Assembly: GCA_965222115.1 (NCBI GenBank)
Contig: CBDCTJ010000007.1
Span: 1,536,001 to 1,600,000 of the forward strand
Direction: 5' to 3'
Origin: Planctomycetota bacterium
Lineage (GTDB): Bacteria > Planctomycetota > PLA2 > JAEUHO01
Length of the DNA stretch: 64,000 nt
Under the pieces are notes generated by a model. The model ran no database searches, was not told the origin of the DNA, and saw nothing but the letters and a program-made list of their open reading frames with translations. The position numbers were made by a program, and so were the translations under genes. Position 1 is the first letter of the stretch; each line of letters begins with the position of its first letter. Below are positions 48,424-59,800 of the stretch, piece by piece.

Positions 48424-50439
48424 ATGCGATCGCGAAAGCCCCGCACTCGAATCTCAACCGTCATCCTCATCGGGTTTGTTGCTTGCATGCTGTTCACGGC
48501 GCGCGGCGGACCCACGTGCTTTGCCGATGACGCCTTGGACGCGCGCGTAGAACGAGCGCGCGCCTCCCAAGATGCAGAACTTCGGCAGGCGCGCAAACGC
48601 GATCCGAAGCGCGGCGTCTACTCTTATGCCCAAGAAGTGGTCAAACGAGCCATTGAGCGACCCAACGATGCCCTGTTGCTCTACATGGCGGGCCGCGCGG
48701 CGTTTTACGCCGGACAAAAGGACCACGCCGCCACGTATATGCGTCGCGCACACAGCATTCGCCCGGATCTTTGGCACGCCGCGTTGTCCATGGCGCAGTT
48801 GAGCTACGCAAGCAAGTCTTGGGACGTGCTCGACCAGTGGCTCGCGGAAGTCTACAAACACAACCCGGAGAGCATTCGCGCACGAGACATCGAAGTGCAG
48901 GGCCTCATTGCGCGTGGGCGACATGCGGACGCGATTCCAATCCTAAAGAAGCTCGTGGCGGCCCATCCCACCGAGTTGCGCCTACGCGCGCTTCTTGCGG
49001 AGAGCCATTTCAAGGAGAAGGACGCGAAGAACGCCATCTATCACCTGGAAAAGCTGCGAGGCTCGGCGTTGTGGAACGCGGACGCGCGCGTGCGCTACCT
49101 CCTGGCCCGCTGTTATGCCGCCTCGTCCCGTTGGGACCAAGCGCTTTTGGTTATGGAAGAGTTGCGTCGCGAAGGCGCGTTTGAGAAACAGCGCGAGTTG
49201 CACCAGCAGTACGTATTTATGCTCTGGCAAGCGAAGCGAACCGAAGACTTTCTTCGGGAGGCTGCGGCCTACGTGCGGGTCGTGCCCAAAGACGCTGGGA
49301 TGTGGGCCCACTTGGAAGCCATCTATGCGACACGAAAGGAACATACCAAACGCGTGCATGCGCTCCGACAGCTCTTGACCCTTGCGAAGGACGACAAGGC
49401 GAGGAAACAGATCGCGCAACTGATCAAGAACTTTGAGCGCGCATTTGCCGACGGATTGAAGGACGGCGACCCACTGCCGGATAGTTCGGCGTCGGCCAAG
49501 ACGCCAAGCACAGGCGTGATGAAGAATTCGCTCATGGAGCTTATGAGTCGCTGCATTCACAAAGACGTGAAGGTGCGGCGTGCCGCGTTGCGCGAGTACT
49601 ACGAGTATGACATTGGTGGTGTGTACCCGATCGTCTACACGCGCTTTGATCACTCGATCGAACCCGATCCCGAGTGCCGCATATGGGCGTTGAAGATTCT
49701 GGGGCGGTTCGGCGTGTCGAGCGTCTCCGACGCAAGCCTCGTACAGGACACTGCGTGGCGCCTGGCTACAGCGCTTACCGATCCCGATAGCGGCGTGCGA
49801 AGGATCGCCGCCGAAGAGATTGGCAATCTTGGCGTGAAGTCCGCCAGTCTCTATGTTCTTCCCTACTTCTTTATTCTTCCTGTGACGAACGTGCCCAGTG
49901 TTGAGGAGCACAAAAAGTCATTGGAGGCCGAGTACAACGCCGCTCGACTGACGCTTCGAGAACTGATGGGGTTCCGCGATACGAGTGTTGGCGAAGAGAA
50001 ATGGATCAAGTTGGCCGATGCCGCGGCCAATCGCTCCACGTGGGAAACATGGCTTTCGAGTCCCGCCGGTTCTGAGGCCAAGCTTGAGGCGATTCAAGAC
50101 ATCAAAGACCTCAAGGCACGCTCGTCGCATGTGCGTCATGCCCACTGGTTGGCGCGCTACCTTAACTCCTACATTGTTGCCCCAGGGAGTCCTCCAGCCG
50201 TCGCCCGCGCGGCATACAAAATCGTGCGAGATGCGCGCGTTGCGATTCGCACTTCTAAGGAAAAGGACACGTTCTTCTCCGGATTTCCCGTCGTACGCGA
50301 TGCTGAACTCACCGACGACGCCATGGCCAATCTTGGCAAACAAATTCAACAGTGGCGCCTTGCCGCGAATCGGCGTTTGCAGAAGAAGGCGCCGCGGGCG
50401 CCCGCCGATCCACCGGCGGGTTTTCCCGGTTCAAAGTAG
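48424..50439 (+). CDS. Exported TPR + HEAT repeat protein with the same architecture as the preceding gene
   Basis: Signal peptide, TPRs, HEAT-like LTDPDSGVRRIAAEEIG. Confidence 0.75.
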   Translation: MRSRKPRTRISTVILIGFVACMLFTARGGPTCFADDALDARVERARASQDAELRQARKRDPKRGVYSYAQEVVKRAIERPNDALLLYMAGRAAFYAGQKDHAATYMRRAHSIRPDLWHAALSMAQLSYASKSWDVLDQWLAEVYKHNPESIRARDIEVQGLIARGRHADAIPILKKLVAAHPTELRLRALLAESHFKEKDAKNAIYHLEKLRGSALWNADARVRYLLARCYAASSRWDQALLVMEELRREGAFEKQRELHQQYVFMLWQAKRTEDFLREAAAYVRVVPKDAGMWAHLEAIYATRKEHTKRVHALRQLLTLAKDDKARKQIAQLIKNFERAFADGLKDGDPLPDSSASAKTPSTGVMKNSLMELMSRCIHKDVKVRRAALREYYEYDIGGVYPIVYTRFDHSIEPDPECRIWALKILGRFGVSSVSDASLVQDTAWRLATALTDPDSGVRRIAAEEIGNLGVKSASLYVLPYFFILPVTNVPSVEEHKKSLEAEYNAARLTLRELMGFRDTSVGEEKWIKLADAAANRSTWETWLSSPAGSEAKLEAIQDIKDLKARSSHVRHAHWLARYLNSYIVAPGSPPAVARAAYKIVRDARVAIRTSKEKDTFFSGFPVVRDAELTDDAMANLGKQIQQWRLAANRRLQKKAPRAPADPPAGFPGSK

Positions 50440-50525
50440 AATCAATCGCTGCACCTCGGCGCGCTCCTGAAGCGTCGATCTGCCAGAGAGACACTCAGTC
50501 ATTTTATTTTCATGATGGAGATTCC

Positions 50526-51062
50526 ATGTCCGATGGTTCGTTCCTGAGCGATATCAAAACGCTGCGTGAGCGCGCGCGTAAACACATCGAGAAGGGTGCT
50601 CTTACCGAAGGCTACCGCGCCGATGTCGATACGATTCTCAAGTTACTCAATGAAGCGCTGGCCACGGAGATTGTCTGCGTGCTGCGCTACAAGCGCCACT
50701 ACTTCATGGCGGAAGGCATGAATGCACCCGCCGCGCAGGCCGAATTTCTTGAGCATGCTAACGAGGAGCAGATGCACGCGGACCGACTTGCGGCACGCAT
50801 CGTGCAGTTGGGTGGAGAACCCAATTTTAGCCCCGAAGGCTTGGCCACGCGCAGTCACTCGGAATACGTTCCCGGCGAAACACTCAGAGAGATGATCGAG
50901 GAAGACCTTGTCGCGGAACGCATCGCGATCGAGAGCTATGGCGAGATGATTCGCTATATCGGCGATAAGGACCCCACAACCCGCCGACTGCTTGAAGACC
51001 TATTGGCGATTGAGGAGGAGCACGCAGACGATCTCGTGGGACTTCTGAAGCAAGAGGCGTAG
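50526..51062 (+). CDS. Bacterioferritin/DpsL-like ferritin-superfamily protein
   Basis: LNEALATEIVCVLRY, EHANEEQMHAD, EDLVAERIAI, EEEHADDL di-iron motifs. GGAG RBS. Confidence 0.88.
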   Translation: MSDGSFLSDIKTLRERARKHIEKGALTEGYRADVDTILKLLNEALATEIVCVLRYKRHYFMAEGMNAPAAQAEFLEHANEEQMHADRLAARIVQLGGEPNFSPEGLATRSHSEYVPGETLREMIEEDLVAERIAIESYGEMIRYIGDKDPTTRRLLEDLLAIEEEHADDLVGLLKQEA

Positions 51063-51160
51063 GCACCGAAGTGGCCCCACGACGAGCACGCGTCGGCGTG
51101 ATCAACATGTTTAGGCGCCGTGCGCTACTCAGCGAAGCGCTACCGCGTGGGGCAGCGTTT

Positions 51161-51400
51161 TTACGGGAACGTGGTGCCATCCGTTTTGTAGCCAGGCGTA
51201 AAGTTGACACCCACTTCTACGTTGTAGTGTTGGTCAAACATAGCGGGCGTGGACCATGTGCCCTCGTCAACACGCTGCAGGCTCACGCCGTCTTCCCACT
51301 CTGGACCGGGTCCGCCTGAACCGAAGTAGTCGTAGCGGAAAAGCTCCGTCGACTGATCCGGCGTGAGCAACATGACGCTGTCTCCCGGTGAGCTGTTCTC
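51161..51400 (-). pseudogene. Possible fragment of a lamin-tail-domain (LTD)-like gene
   Basis: NSSPGDSVMLL..YDY..W.DGVSLQR..W..TPG resembles the C-terminal half of LTD domains. No plausible N-terminus. Confidence 0.35.
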
Positions 51401-51602
51401 CTCATTTACCCAGCGGACTCGTCTGTTCAGAGGCCTGTTATGCTGCTGAAAGGCACGACAAGTCGCGGACTCGCGTGTTGCAGGCAAATCGGCACAGAAT
51501 TCACATCAGCCTCCTTGAGACTTGATCGACGTTATGCTCGTCTGTGCTTAACTCACGTTGAGGATCCCCCGACGGATTGGGCGAAACGTAGGAGATAGTT
51601 CG

Positions 51603-52637
51603 ATGACTGAGTCAACGCCCGCATCGGTGGACAAGTCCGCCATCAATGAAACGGACGCCGGTGGCAAGGCGGGCCCCTTGGCCGACGTCGATAGTGCGGC
51701 GATAGATGGCAGCGCCGCTATCGAAGCTACCGCGCGTGTGAGCGATGATTCCAAAGCGAAGAGGGGGTCGGCGCGTCCTTCCGACGATCGTTCGAAGCGC
51801 AAGAAGAATCGCAAGGTTGAGCATGCACGCCGTCGAGACGTCTTTCGCAACGGCATCTATCCGTACGCGACCAAGCTCAAGCGCAAAGAATATGAGAAGC
51901 AGAAGGCCGACCTTCAGATCGAACTGCTCAAAGTCATGTCCTGGGTCAAGGAAACCGGTCAGCGCGTCGTCGCACTCTTTGAGGGGCGTGACGCCGCAGG
52001 CAAGGGTGGCACCATCAAGCGCTTCATGGAGCACCTCAATCCGCGCGCGGCGCGCGTGGTGGCGCTTGAGAAGCCCACCGACATGGAACAGGGGCAGTGG
52101 TACTTCCAACGTTATGTCCAACACCTACCCACCCGCGGCGAAATCGTTCTTTTTGACCGCAGTTGGTACAACCGCGCCGGGGTCGAGCGCGTCATGGGAT
52201 TTTGTACGTCAAGGCAGTACCTTGAATTCATGCGTCAAGCTCCGCAGTTGGAACGGATGCTTGTTCAGGATGGTGTGCACATGTTCAAGTACTGGTTCTC
52301 GGTCTCGCAAGCCGAGCAGACCCGGCGGTTTCAGTCCCGCGAGCATGACCCGCTGAAACAGTGGAAGCTGAGTCCCATCGACCGTGTATCCCGTGAGAAG
52401 TGGGCGGAGTACACATCCGCCAAAGAGGCCATGTTCTTCTACACCGATACGGCCGATGCGCCCTGGACGGTAATCAAATCGGACGACAAGAAGCGCGCAC
52501 GCCTCAATTGCATGCGTCACTTCCTTTCGGGACTCGATTACCCTCAAAAGGACGTATCGATCGTGGGGCAGCCCGATCCCTTAATTGTGGGGACACCGGA
52601 TTTGGTGTTGGAGCTTGATCGCCACCAAATTTCGTAG
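51603..52637 (+). CDS. ppk2: Polyphosphate kinase 2 (class I)
   Basis: FEGRDAAGKGG, WYFQRY, FDRSWYNRAGVERVMGF, WKLSP.D, SDDKKRARLN. Confidence 0.96.
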   Translation: MTESTPASVDKSAINETDAGGKAGPLADVDSAAIDGSAAIEATARVSDDSKAKRGSARPSDDRSKRKKNRKVEHARRRDVFRNGIYPYATKLKRKEYEKQKADLQIELLKVMSWVKETGQRVVALFEGRDAAGKGGTIKRFMEHLNPRAARVVALEKPTDMEQGQWYFQRYVQHLPTRGEIVLFDRSWYNRAGVERVMGFCTSRQYLEFMRQAPQLERMLVQDGVHMFKYWFSVSQAEQTRRFQSREHDPLKQWKLSPIDRVSREKWAEYTSAKEAMFFYTDTADAPWTVIKSDDKKRARLNCMRHFLSGLDYPQKDVSIVGQPDPLIVGTPDLVLELDRHQIS

Positions 52638-52724
52638 GTGTCTCGCGCACCGTAGACTCTTTGCCTGAGGCGGCTCTTCCACGTTATGCCCGCCTCAGGT
52701 CACTCCGTGTTCAAGGAGCCACGC

Positions 52725-53204
52725 GTGCGAGTCGGCATTGGCTACGACATTCATCCATTTGAACCAGGGCGGGTCCTCGTGCTCGGCGGCATCAAGATGG
52801 ACGGTGCGTGGGGACTTAAAGGTCATTCCGACGCCGACGTTGTGCTGCACGCCATTGCCGATGCGCTGCTCGGTGCGGCGGGGCTTGGCGACTTGGGAGA
52901 CCACTTTCCCGATACCGATCCGCAGTGGAAGGACGTGCCGTCCGCCGTGCTGGTTTCCGAAGTCATGACGAAGGTGCGGGCGAAGGGGTGGCGCGTCGTG
53001 AATGCCGATGTGACGGTTATCGCCGAGCGGCCAAAGATAGCGACCTATCGACACGCCATGATCGAGCGCATCGCTGCACTTCTCGATGTGACGGCTCGAG
53101 AAATCAATGTGAAGGCCACCACACACGAAGGGTTGGGCGCCGTGGGTCGGGGCGAGGGCATTGCCACACAGGCCGTGGTGTTGCTCGCGGACGCAGATGC
53201 ATGA
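52725..53204 (+). CDS. ispF: 2-C-methyl-D-erythritol 2,4-cyclodiphosphate synthase
   Basis: GIGYDIH, GHSDADV.LHA..DALLGA, NVKATT.EGLG. AAGGAG RBS before GTG 52725. Confidence 0.96.
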   Translation: MRVGIGYDIHPFEPGRVLVLGGIKMDGAWGLKGHSDADVVLHAIADALLGAAGLGDLGDHFPDTDPQWKDVPSAVLVSEVMTKVRAKGWRVVNADVTVIAERPKIATYRHAMIERIAALLDVTAREINVKATTHEGLGAVGRGEGIATQAVVLLADADA

Positions 53205-53734
53205 TTCGCTATGTTGTGCTCGCGACTTGCGTCAGCTTGGTTGCTGTGTGCGGTTGTAGCGGTATCTCCGACAATACGCGCGAGATCATCGCCAATGTGA
53301 AGAGCCTTCGTTTTGGATCCATGACGCAACTACGCGAGAGACGGGATACGGGCCCGTTTCGAACTTACGCGGTTGCACCACGCGCCATGTTGGACATCCT
53401 CGAGCGGGCCGCACGTAAGGCGCGCGGCGAAGGCGGAAAGCCCGTTAAAGCGGTATTCGTCTCAGAACGAAAGCTTGAGGTCGTCGCGAAAGAGCGTGAA
53501 CCCGAGTTCTCCGAGCAGACTGGCTACAGCGATCAGTTCGTGTCGGCCATGCTCGCCGTGGTGCATCCTGTAGCAAGTGACCCCAATCAGTGCCGCGTTG
53601 AGATACACGAGATACGCGGCGGGCCGCTCCACCGCGGCGTAGTCAACTGGGAAGCCGACATGCCTCGCTGGATTGATGAAGTCATGCGCGAACCAATCTC
53701 GAATCCACACACAGAGCAGCCCGCACCGAAATAG
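53201..53734 (+). CDS. Hypothetical lipoprotein
   Basis: MIRYVVLATCVSLVAVCG-C lipobox-like signal. ATGA overlap with ispF. Confidence 0.65.
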   Translation: MIRYVVLATCVSLVAVCGCSGISDNTREIIANVKSLRFGSMTQLRERRDTGPFRTYAVAPRAMLDILERAARKARGEGGKPVKAVFVSERKLEVVAKEREPEFSEQTGYSDQFVSAMLAVVHPVASDPNQCRVEIHEIRGGPLHRGVVNWEADMPRWIDEVMREPISNPHTEQPAPK

Positions 53735-53741
53735 CCGACGT

Positions 53742-54197
53742 TTACGTTTCTTTCGCGGTGATCTTGATCATCCGGTCGCCTTGTCCAATGGACGTCACGA
53801 CGTCCAGTCCGTCGGTGACCTTGCCAAACACCGTGTGATTGCCGTCCAAGTGAGGCGTATCCCTAAGTGTGATGAAAAACTGGCTACCGCCCGTATTTCG
53901 GCCCGCGTGGGCCATGCTCAAGATGCCGGCCGATTCGTGCTTCTTGGGATTGTTGTCCACCTCGCACTTAATCTTGTAGCCGGGACCGCCTGTGCCGGGC
54001 ATGCCGCTCGCGCCTTCACGGGTGTTGGGGCACCCGCCCTGAATCACGAAGTTTGGCACCACCCGGTGAAACGTAAGTCCGTCATAAAAGCCCTTCTGTA
54101 TCAGGGTCACGAAGTTTTCGACGGTCTTGGGGGCCTCGGCATCGAATAACTCGAGTTCGATGTTGCCCTTGCCGGTTTCAATCGTTGCGGTCCACAT
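53742..54197 (-). CDS. Cyclophilin-type peptidyl-prolyl cis-trans isomerase
   Basis: [50 protein letters not shown]. Confidence 0.95.
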   Translation of the reverse strand: MWTATIETGKGNIELELFDAEAPKTVENFVTLIQKGFYDGLTFHRVVPNFVIQGGCPNTREGASGMPGTGGPGYKIKCEVDNNPKKHESAGILSMAHAGRNTGGSQFFITLRDTPHLDGNHTVFGKVTDGLDVVTSIGQGDRMIKITAKET

Positions 54198-54601
54198 GCG
54201 TTTGGGTCTCCTGGCACCCCGAAGCCTCGCGGGGGCAGTTAATGGCGCAGGAAGGTTAACCGCTGGCGCAGCCCCCTCGATGGTTTTCCCTGTAACCTCC
54301 CCAAACTTGCGGCGTTCCAGGGGTAGGGCGCCGACGCGCGACCGGATCCAAGGAGCCTCGGATCCAGCGAGCATCGGAAGCTGCGATGTCCTCGTGGCGG
54401 CGCCCGCCTATCAAACCATTCAAGCCATGGTCTGTTCGGGGTCATGGTCCAATGAGGACGCGCCCTTGTGAGGCGAGACGTTTTTTGGATCCAATCGTTT
54501 TGTTCGATCAAAGCAATTGCGGGTCCATTGGCCGGAGTCGGACGTTGATTCGAATCGTGCGAGAGATCTTGAGAACCCCAGATGCTCCGCGTCTACGTTC
54601 C

Positions 54602-55828
54602 ATGGCGTCCATGGGCTGTGCTTGCGCACTGACCTTGTTCTGCATTGCGGCCTCAAGTCATCGGTCGATCAGCGCCTCAGAAGAGCAGGTTCCCGCGAAC
54701 AAGTCCTCGGCGAATGATGACGCCGACGCACTAAAGGCTGTCAAGGACGACGCCGTGGCGGCGTACCGGCTTGCCCTGCGCGCTGAGCACAACCAGAACA
54801 AGGCGCTAGCCACGAAAGCGCTTGAAGCCGTGATTAAGCTCGATCCAAATCACCGCGCGGCCCGCCGCGCCCTCGGCTACGAAAAGGTGGACACTCGTTG
54901 GCTTCGCGGCGCCGAACTCTATCGTGCGCGTGGATTCGTTCACTACAAACAGCGCTGGATGACGGCGACCGAGTTTGCCGACGCCACGCGACCGCAACGT
55001 GAAGCGGCAGAACAAAAGCGCGGTGAAGCCCGTGTGTTGATCCAGTTGGCTCGTGTCACCGATGTAAATCCCGATGTCGTCGCCTCGGCCAAGCGTGCAA
55101 TCGCCACGATGGACGATCGCTTCAAGTTGGCGCCCATGGCGCAGGCGCTTCGATGTGAACCGCCTGCCCTGCGCATCTACGCTGCTGAGACCCTGGGGCG
55201 GATGGGGAACCCGCTGGCTGTTCCCGCATTGCTCAAGCGTGCGATTCACGACGATCAAGAATCCGTGCGTGAAATTGCGGTGGATGCACTTCGCGCCATT
55301 GATTCGCCGGCCACCGTCGTGCCGCTGGGTCGAGCACTTCAGAGTCGTCATCTCGCGGTGCGTGTCAATGCGTCCAAGGCGCTCGCGCGACTCGGCGACA
55401 TTGGCGGCATGCCCTTGATCATCAAGCGGTGGGTCGGTCGCTCGGGCGATTTCCCCCGCGTCTACTTCGCGCAGATGAATCAGGTGAGTTACATCCAAGA
55501 CTTCGACGTGGAAGTTGCGCAGACGTCATTCATTGCCGATCCCATTGTGGGCGTGTTGCAAGAAGGCGTCGTTCATTCGCATAAGATTTTGGCTACCGAG
55601 TACAGCTTCACCACGGTTGAAGCGCCCGCTTACCGCGGTGCATTGGCAAAACTCGCCGGCGTTGATGAAGGCCACCAAGTCGGCGCCTGGGTGAAGTTCT
55701 GGCAGAAAGAGGGCGAGCGCCTCATGACCGAGCGCGCCGAAGCCTACGACAAACGAGCCAAAGTGCGCGAGCGTTCGAAGCGCCGACGATCCGGTGAGCG
55801 AGCACGAGGCGCACCCGCCGCGCGGTAG
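54602..55828 (+). CDS. Exported HEAT-repeat protein with secretin-like hairpin segment
   Basis: Signal-like N-terminus, HEAT repeats, NQVSYIQDFDVEVAQTSFIADPIVGVLQEG. Start is uncertain. Confidence 0.7.
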   Translation: MASMGCACALTLFCIAASSHRSISASEEQVPANKSSANDDADALKAVKDDAVAAYRLALRAEHNQNKALATKALEAVIKLDPNHRAARRALGYEKVDTRWLRGAELYRARGFVHYKQRWMTATEFADATRPQREAAEQKRGEARVLIQLARVTDVNPDVVASAKRAIATMDDRFKLAPMAQALRCEPPALRIYAAETLGRMGNPLAVPALLKRAIHDDQESVREIAVDALRAIDSPATVVPLGRALQSRHLAVRVNASKALARLGDIGGMPLIIKRWVGRSGDFPRVYFAQMNQVSYIQDFDVEVAQTSFIADPIVGVLQEGVVHSHKILATEYSFTTVEAPAYRGALAKLAGVDEGHQVGAWVKFWQKEGERLMTERAEAYDKRAKVRERSKRRRSGERARGAPAAR

Positions 55829-55837
55829 CGCGAAACG

Positions 55838-56842
55838 ATGAAGAATTCGAGATTCTTAGGAGCGTTCTGTATGTACCACCTGAAGCTACGCACACACGCG
55901 CGACTCATTTTCGCGTGTGTCATCTGCCTATCGGCCAGTGCATTTGCTGGTGCCGACCGGGAAGCCCCAGCAAAGGGAGTTGCTGACGCGCCGACAAACC
56001 GGCAGGGTGCATCCAGCGCGAAGGTGTCAGCCGACGAAGGCTCAACGGAGGCCGCAACCCGGGTGGCAATCAACAAGAGTCCTGCGGTGCGGCGCGCGCG
56101 CGTCTTTCTCGCGTGGATGGCGGGAAAAGACGAGCAACTCAAGGCCCAGGGCAAGGCGTCACTTGAGAAGGAGACCGAGGCGGTTCAATACGCGCTGCTT
56201 CAGGAAGCACTGCGCCACAAGTCGCCTGTTTTGCGTTCGTATGCGGCCAAGCGCCTGTCCAATGTTTCGGTTCCCAAGGGATTCAAGACGCTCCTAACCA
56301 CCGCGCTGCGTGATACAGATCCGTCGGTTCGCGTTACGGCGGCGAAGGCACTCAAGCACCCTGCCTATTCGCGCGCGGTGCATGTGTTTGGGCGGGGTCT
56401 ATTCACCGCGTCCACGGCCATTCAGCGTCGGTCATTGGCAGCGTTGACGTCGATTGGCGACGAGCTCGCCGTGGGCTACATCGTTCAGCGTTGGGAGAAG
56501 CGCAGCGGTGATTTCACCCGCGTCTATTTCATGCAGATGAACCAACTCGGCTACATCCAAGACTTCGATGTTGAGGTTGCGAGTACGTCGTTTATCGCAG
56601 ACCCTGTGGTCGGCGTCTTGCAAGAAGGCGTCTTGCAAGACGTCCGCATCCTTGCCACGTCCCAAGAAGGAACCACCGTCCGCGCCGCCACCTATCGCCG
56701 CGCGCTATCTTCAATCGCGGGCATAGACAAAGGCGCCAAGGTCAGCGCCTGGCGCAAGTACTGGGACACCAAGAAGCACGACCTCGCCACAAAGCGCGCC
56801 AACCGCCTCCGCACCGCCAATCGCCCAACCACTGAACGCTAG
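55838..56842 (+). CDS. Paralogous exported HEAT-repeat protein with the same segment
   Basis: Signal peptide, HEAT repeats, NQLGYIQDFDVEVASTSFIADPVVGVLQEG. Confidence 0.72.
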   Translation: MKNSRFLGAFCMYHLKLRTHARLIFACVICLSASAFAGADREAPAKGVADAPTNRQGASSAKVSADEGSTEAATRVAINKSPAVRRARVFLAWMAGKDEQLKAQGKASLEKETEAVQYALLQEALRHKSPVLRSYAAKRLSNVSVPKGFKTLLTTALRDTDPSVRVTAAKALKHPAYSRAVHVFGRGLFTASTAIQRRSLAALTSIGDELAVGYIVQRWEKRSGDFTRVYFMQMNQLGYIQDFDVEVASTSFIADPVVGVLQEGVLQDVRILATSQEGTTVRAATYRRALSSIAGIDKGAKVSAWRKYWDTKKHDLATKRANRLRTANRPTTER

Positions 56843-56849
56843 CTTCCTC

Positions 56850-56882
56850 ATGCGCCACAGAAACCAGGTATTTTTGGCGCAT
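56850..56882. repeat. 33-bp imperfect palindrome, copy A (may double as a bidirectional terminator)
   Basis: ATGCGCCACAGAAACCAGGTATTTTTGGCGCAT, between convergent genes. Confidence 0.65.
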
Positions 56883-59800
56883 TAGCGTTGGTTTCCCGGC
56901 AGTAGCGTGCGCTCGATTCGCCATGCGCGGTCGATTGGCGCAAGCATCAGCTCGTCGAGTTGCGGGGCACGTGCCTCGTGCCACCATGACGACGTATCCT
57001 TCAGGAATTCGTCATCAACGAATTCGACACCGCTACCACTTCTGAGCGCCCATCGTCCCTTCCCTGCGACCGTCGATGTTTGACCCTCGATTAGTCGCAG
57101 GCCGAGCGTTACACCCGTTCCGTCTGTGTCGCGTGATGCAATGATCGAAACACCGGCCACAACTCGCGTCCGATTGACAGCGACGTGTTGTAGTACTGAC
57201 AATACGTCCTTACCCCGCAGCGGTTGACCAATCAATGACTCTGTGAGCTGCTTCAACTTGTCACTGGGTGAAGCACCTGGCGTTTCCCAGTGAACGTCAT
57301 GCACAATGCATGAGAGGCGTCGAATGAGCCAGTCGAGTTGCTCTGCTTCACTCGATGTGGGAGCCTTCACTTGTCTGAGGACGGGAATCACACCTAGCCC
57401 GAGACGTACGAGTACACCCTCCGCACGTGAGCGCTCTTTGTCGTCTGAGGCGCGCTGCCAATGTTGCAATGCAGCCTTTACTCGCTGGCCAGAAACGGGT
57501 TTGGGTTTCGGACGCGTAGGTACCGCTACCGCTTCCAGGTTGTTTGCCTTCCGCCATGTGTTCAGAAAGCGGTAGCGCGTAGTCAACGAAGATGCCATGT
57601 AGGCCGTTTCGTCATAGAGGTAACGATTCGGCCAAAGGAGTCCCAACCGCTTTGCGGCTAGATCGCCGACTCGCTTGGGGTCGAGGTGACGCATATTCGA
57701 CGGTCCGGTATGTGACGTGATTATGCGACGGTCCCGAAGCATTTGGACAAGTAGCGCTTCAAGCAGCATTGACGTCTGTTCTGGGACGAAGACGTCAGAA
57801 AAGAGTATGTGATTGGGCGTCGTTTCCGGCGACAAAGGCGCTTCGCTATTGTCTCGTACGGCAATCTCCCTCGCGACGTAGGCGCAAAGAGCAGGTGAGG
57901 CCTTTTCGATCGACTCCTTCATACGTCGTAGCGACCGTTGCGGATCCGCCTTGCACATAAAACGAATCAGCTCCCTGGGCTCGACGCCCTGCTTCGCCGG
58001 CCCCAAGCTCACAAAACTCACCGTCAACGTGTCACTGGCAAGCGTGTACCAGTCCGGGAGAATCGCATTCAATCCACTGACATCGTCCCGAGCAAGAAGC
58101 GTCTCCGCGGCGGCCAATCGTGGTGCGGCATCACCTTTGCGCGCAAGCGACCGTAGAAGCGCGCTCGCCTCCTTTGTCCGGATCGGTGCCAAGGCACGAG
58201 TTAGCGCACTCGCTCGAAGTGGACCCTTGCTGGCCGCGATCGCGTCTCGTATTGGATCAAGAGCCTGTTTTGGAAAACGAAGCGCGAGTCGCTCAGCCTG
58301 TTTGACAGACGCGGAGGTCCCAGCGCGAATCCCGTCAATGAGGACGGCGGCCTCACCCTTCTTCTTTGCGGACTTCCACCAGTGTTCGACGATCTCTCGC
58401 GGCGTGGGTGACGTATCGTCGACTCGTCGAATGTTGACATCGAATTCTATCCGAGGCGTCTCAACGAACTTGCGTCCCGCAATGTGTTCGAGGAGTGCGT
58501 GAGCAAGTTCATTGACTCGGACGACTCTGAATTGAAAGGGGTGCCAAGTCTTCCATCGACGATCTTGTATCGCCACCCGTGTAAATCGAGTGTCTTCCAG
58601 CGCCTCTATGAGCGCAGGCACCGCTTCATAGCCAAGGCGCTTAAGATGTGTTACGGGCGCTTGGCGCCCCTCTACGATTCGATTGTGAATCGTGAAGCGG
58701 TCTGACAAAAACAGCTTGCCAACGCACCATCGTTGCACATTGGGTAGCGCGCGAACAAGGGTCTTTGGGTCCAGGGTAGCCCCTTGGACGGCTCCTAAAT
58801 CAGGTAGCTTGTAGTGCACCTCTTCAGCCGCCATCGCGCGCAACGTCTCAACGTCCTGAGAATAGTCAACTTGCATTCGTCGCTGAAGATCCTCAAGCGC
58901 TTTCAAGGATTCCCGCCACGTCTTGTGCTCCCTCACAAGGTCGTGCTGCCAACTCGTGTGCAGGCGGTGAATGACGCCACTGCGAAGCTGCTCTACGACG
59001 CTCCACGTGCCGTATCCCGCGTGAAACCGAATGTCGATGCTTCCTACGTGCTTCCAGATTCGCAGCGCAAGCTGCTTCTGTCCTCGACCGTATAGCGCCA
59101 TGGCGATTAGAAATCCTCGCCGTCGGTTGAAATCTGCGAACGCGAAGTCCATAAAGGGGTTGTTCTTTGTCTTCTTCGCCGAATGCTCAAGGCGGGCTAG
59201 TGGTTTGGCTATCTCCCGATCGATCGCTAGCGACTCAATACGCGGGTACCTGCTCGAGCCCGGCAGCTGCTTTGGGAACTTTGCGCGCCGCATCATGACG
59301 TCGAACACCGTCGTGTGAGTAGGCGTTTCGCTAACGACAAATCCATGAACGACGTCGCCCGGTCCGTCGTCTCCCGCAACCCGTGATGCATGGGTAACTT
59401 TGACCATTGGAATCGAACTGACGTCCGGAAGTCCCGTCGTCTTCCACCAGGCGATGGCGCGTTGAAGTCCGGCTTCATCCGCGTCAACGGGAAATCGCAG
59501 TGCGTGTACTTTTCGCCGATTCTCACGCCATTCGTCGGCCTTGAGATTCGTGTACCACTCATCCCACGCTGGTCGATTCCATCCTTCGCCCGATCCCCCA
59601 AACCGTTTTCCCGACACATCTCGAAGGTAACTCCAACCCAAGTGACCAGTTACATTGAGCGAATCGATCAGTATCTTCAGGCCGCGTCGTTCGCCCTGTT
59701 CCGCCAAGGCCCAGGCCAGCGCCAAGCGAACATGGAAGTCCTTTTCGCTTGTCAATTGCTTTGTAAGCCATGGGACCAGTTGATCGGGCGCATAGTGCTC

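Noticed and set aside
50498-50520. AT-rich stretch before the ferritin-like gene as a Fur/PerR box
   Set aside because: No convincing 7-1-7 or 19-bp inverted repeat.
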